Part shown: positions 64,000-64,000 of the stretch, piece after piece
Numbering within the stretch: the stretch's first letter is position 1
Layout: every line of letters begins with the position of its first letter
From: a virus
Taxonomy: Duplodnaviria; Caudoviricetes
Strand: one strand, 5' to 3'
Length of the DNA: 64,000 nucleotides
Virus record (IMG/VR): IMGVR_UViG_2619619029_000002
Location: 1 to 64,000 of that record
Program-made: the position numbers and the translations under genes
Notes under the pieces: generated by a model
Told to the model about the DNA's origin: nothing
The model's database searches: none
The model's input: only the letters and a program-made list of their open reading frames with translations

Positions 64000-64000
64000 T

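Larger units (their letters stand above)
1..64000. mobile_element. Temperate siphovirus-like prophage (extends beyond the right edge)
   Basis: Integrase, switch, and complete head, tail and lysis modules. Confidence 0.97.

Overview
The whole window is one large temperate siphovirus-like prophage in a very GC-rich host, probably a myxobacterium (inferred from codon bias, a myxobacterial kinase-type Cys-rich domain, AHH/Imm11 and lipoprotein/SUKH pairs, and an Mx8-like gene set of integrase, DNA methylase and sigma factor). From left to right: tyrosine integrase, excisionase and a divergent promoter switch (1-3.7 kb); a rightward early/accessory arm with an ERF recombinase, lipoproteins, an amidohydrolase, ASCH, a KilA-N antirepressor and many hypotheticals (3.7-22.7 kb); a methylase; then a leftward late arm read in reverse order (lysis, lambda-like J/I/K/L/M tail tip, tape measure, tail tube, head-tail, capsid, scaffold, portal, terminase) followed by sigma factor, MazG-like, exonuclease and RusA-like genes. 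The prophage continues past position 64000, and no replication genes are in view. The most unusual items are: (1) a gpI tail-assembly protein fused to an intact intein-like Hint domain; (2) a stand-alone JAB/MPN metalloprotease translationally coupled to the terminase; (3) a cargo hotspot between the tape measure and gpM genes, marked by three copies of the tape-measure 3' end and holding a lipoprotein HNH toxin/SUKH pair and a DUF6731-like + 4TM candidate defence pair; (4) gpJ and the next tail gene separated only by an in-frame amber stop. All family assignments come from motif recognition by eye, not from database searches.
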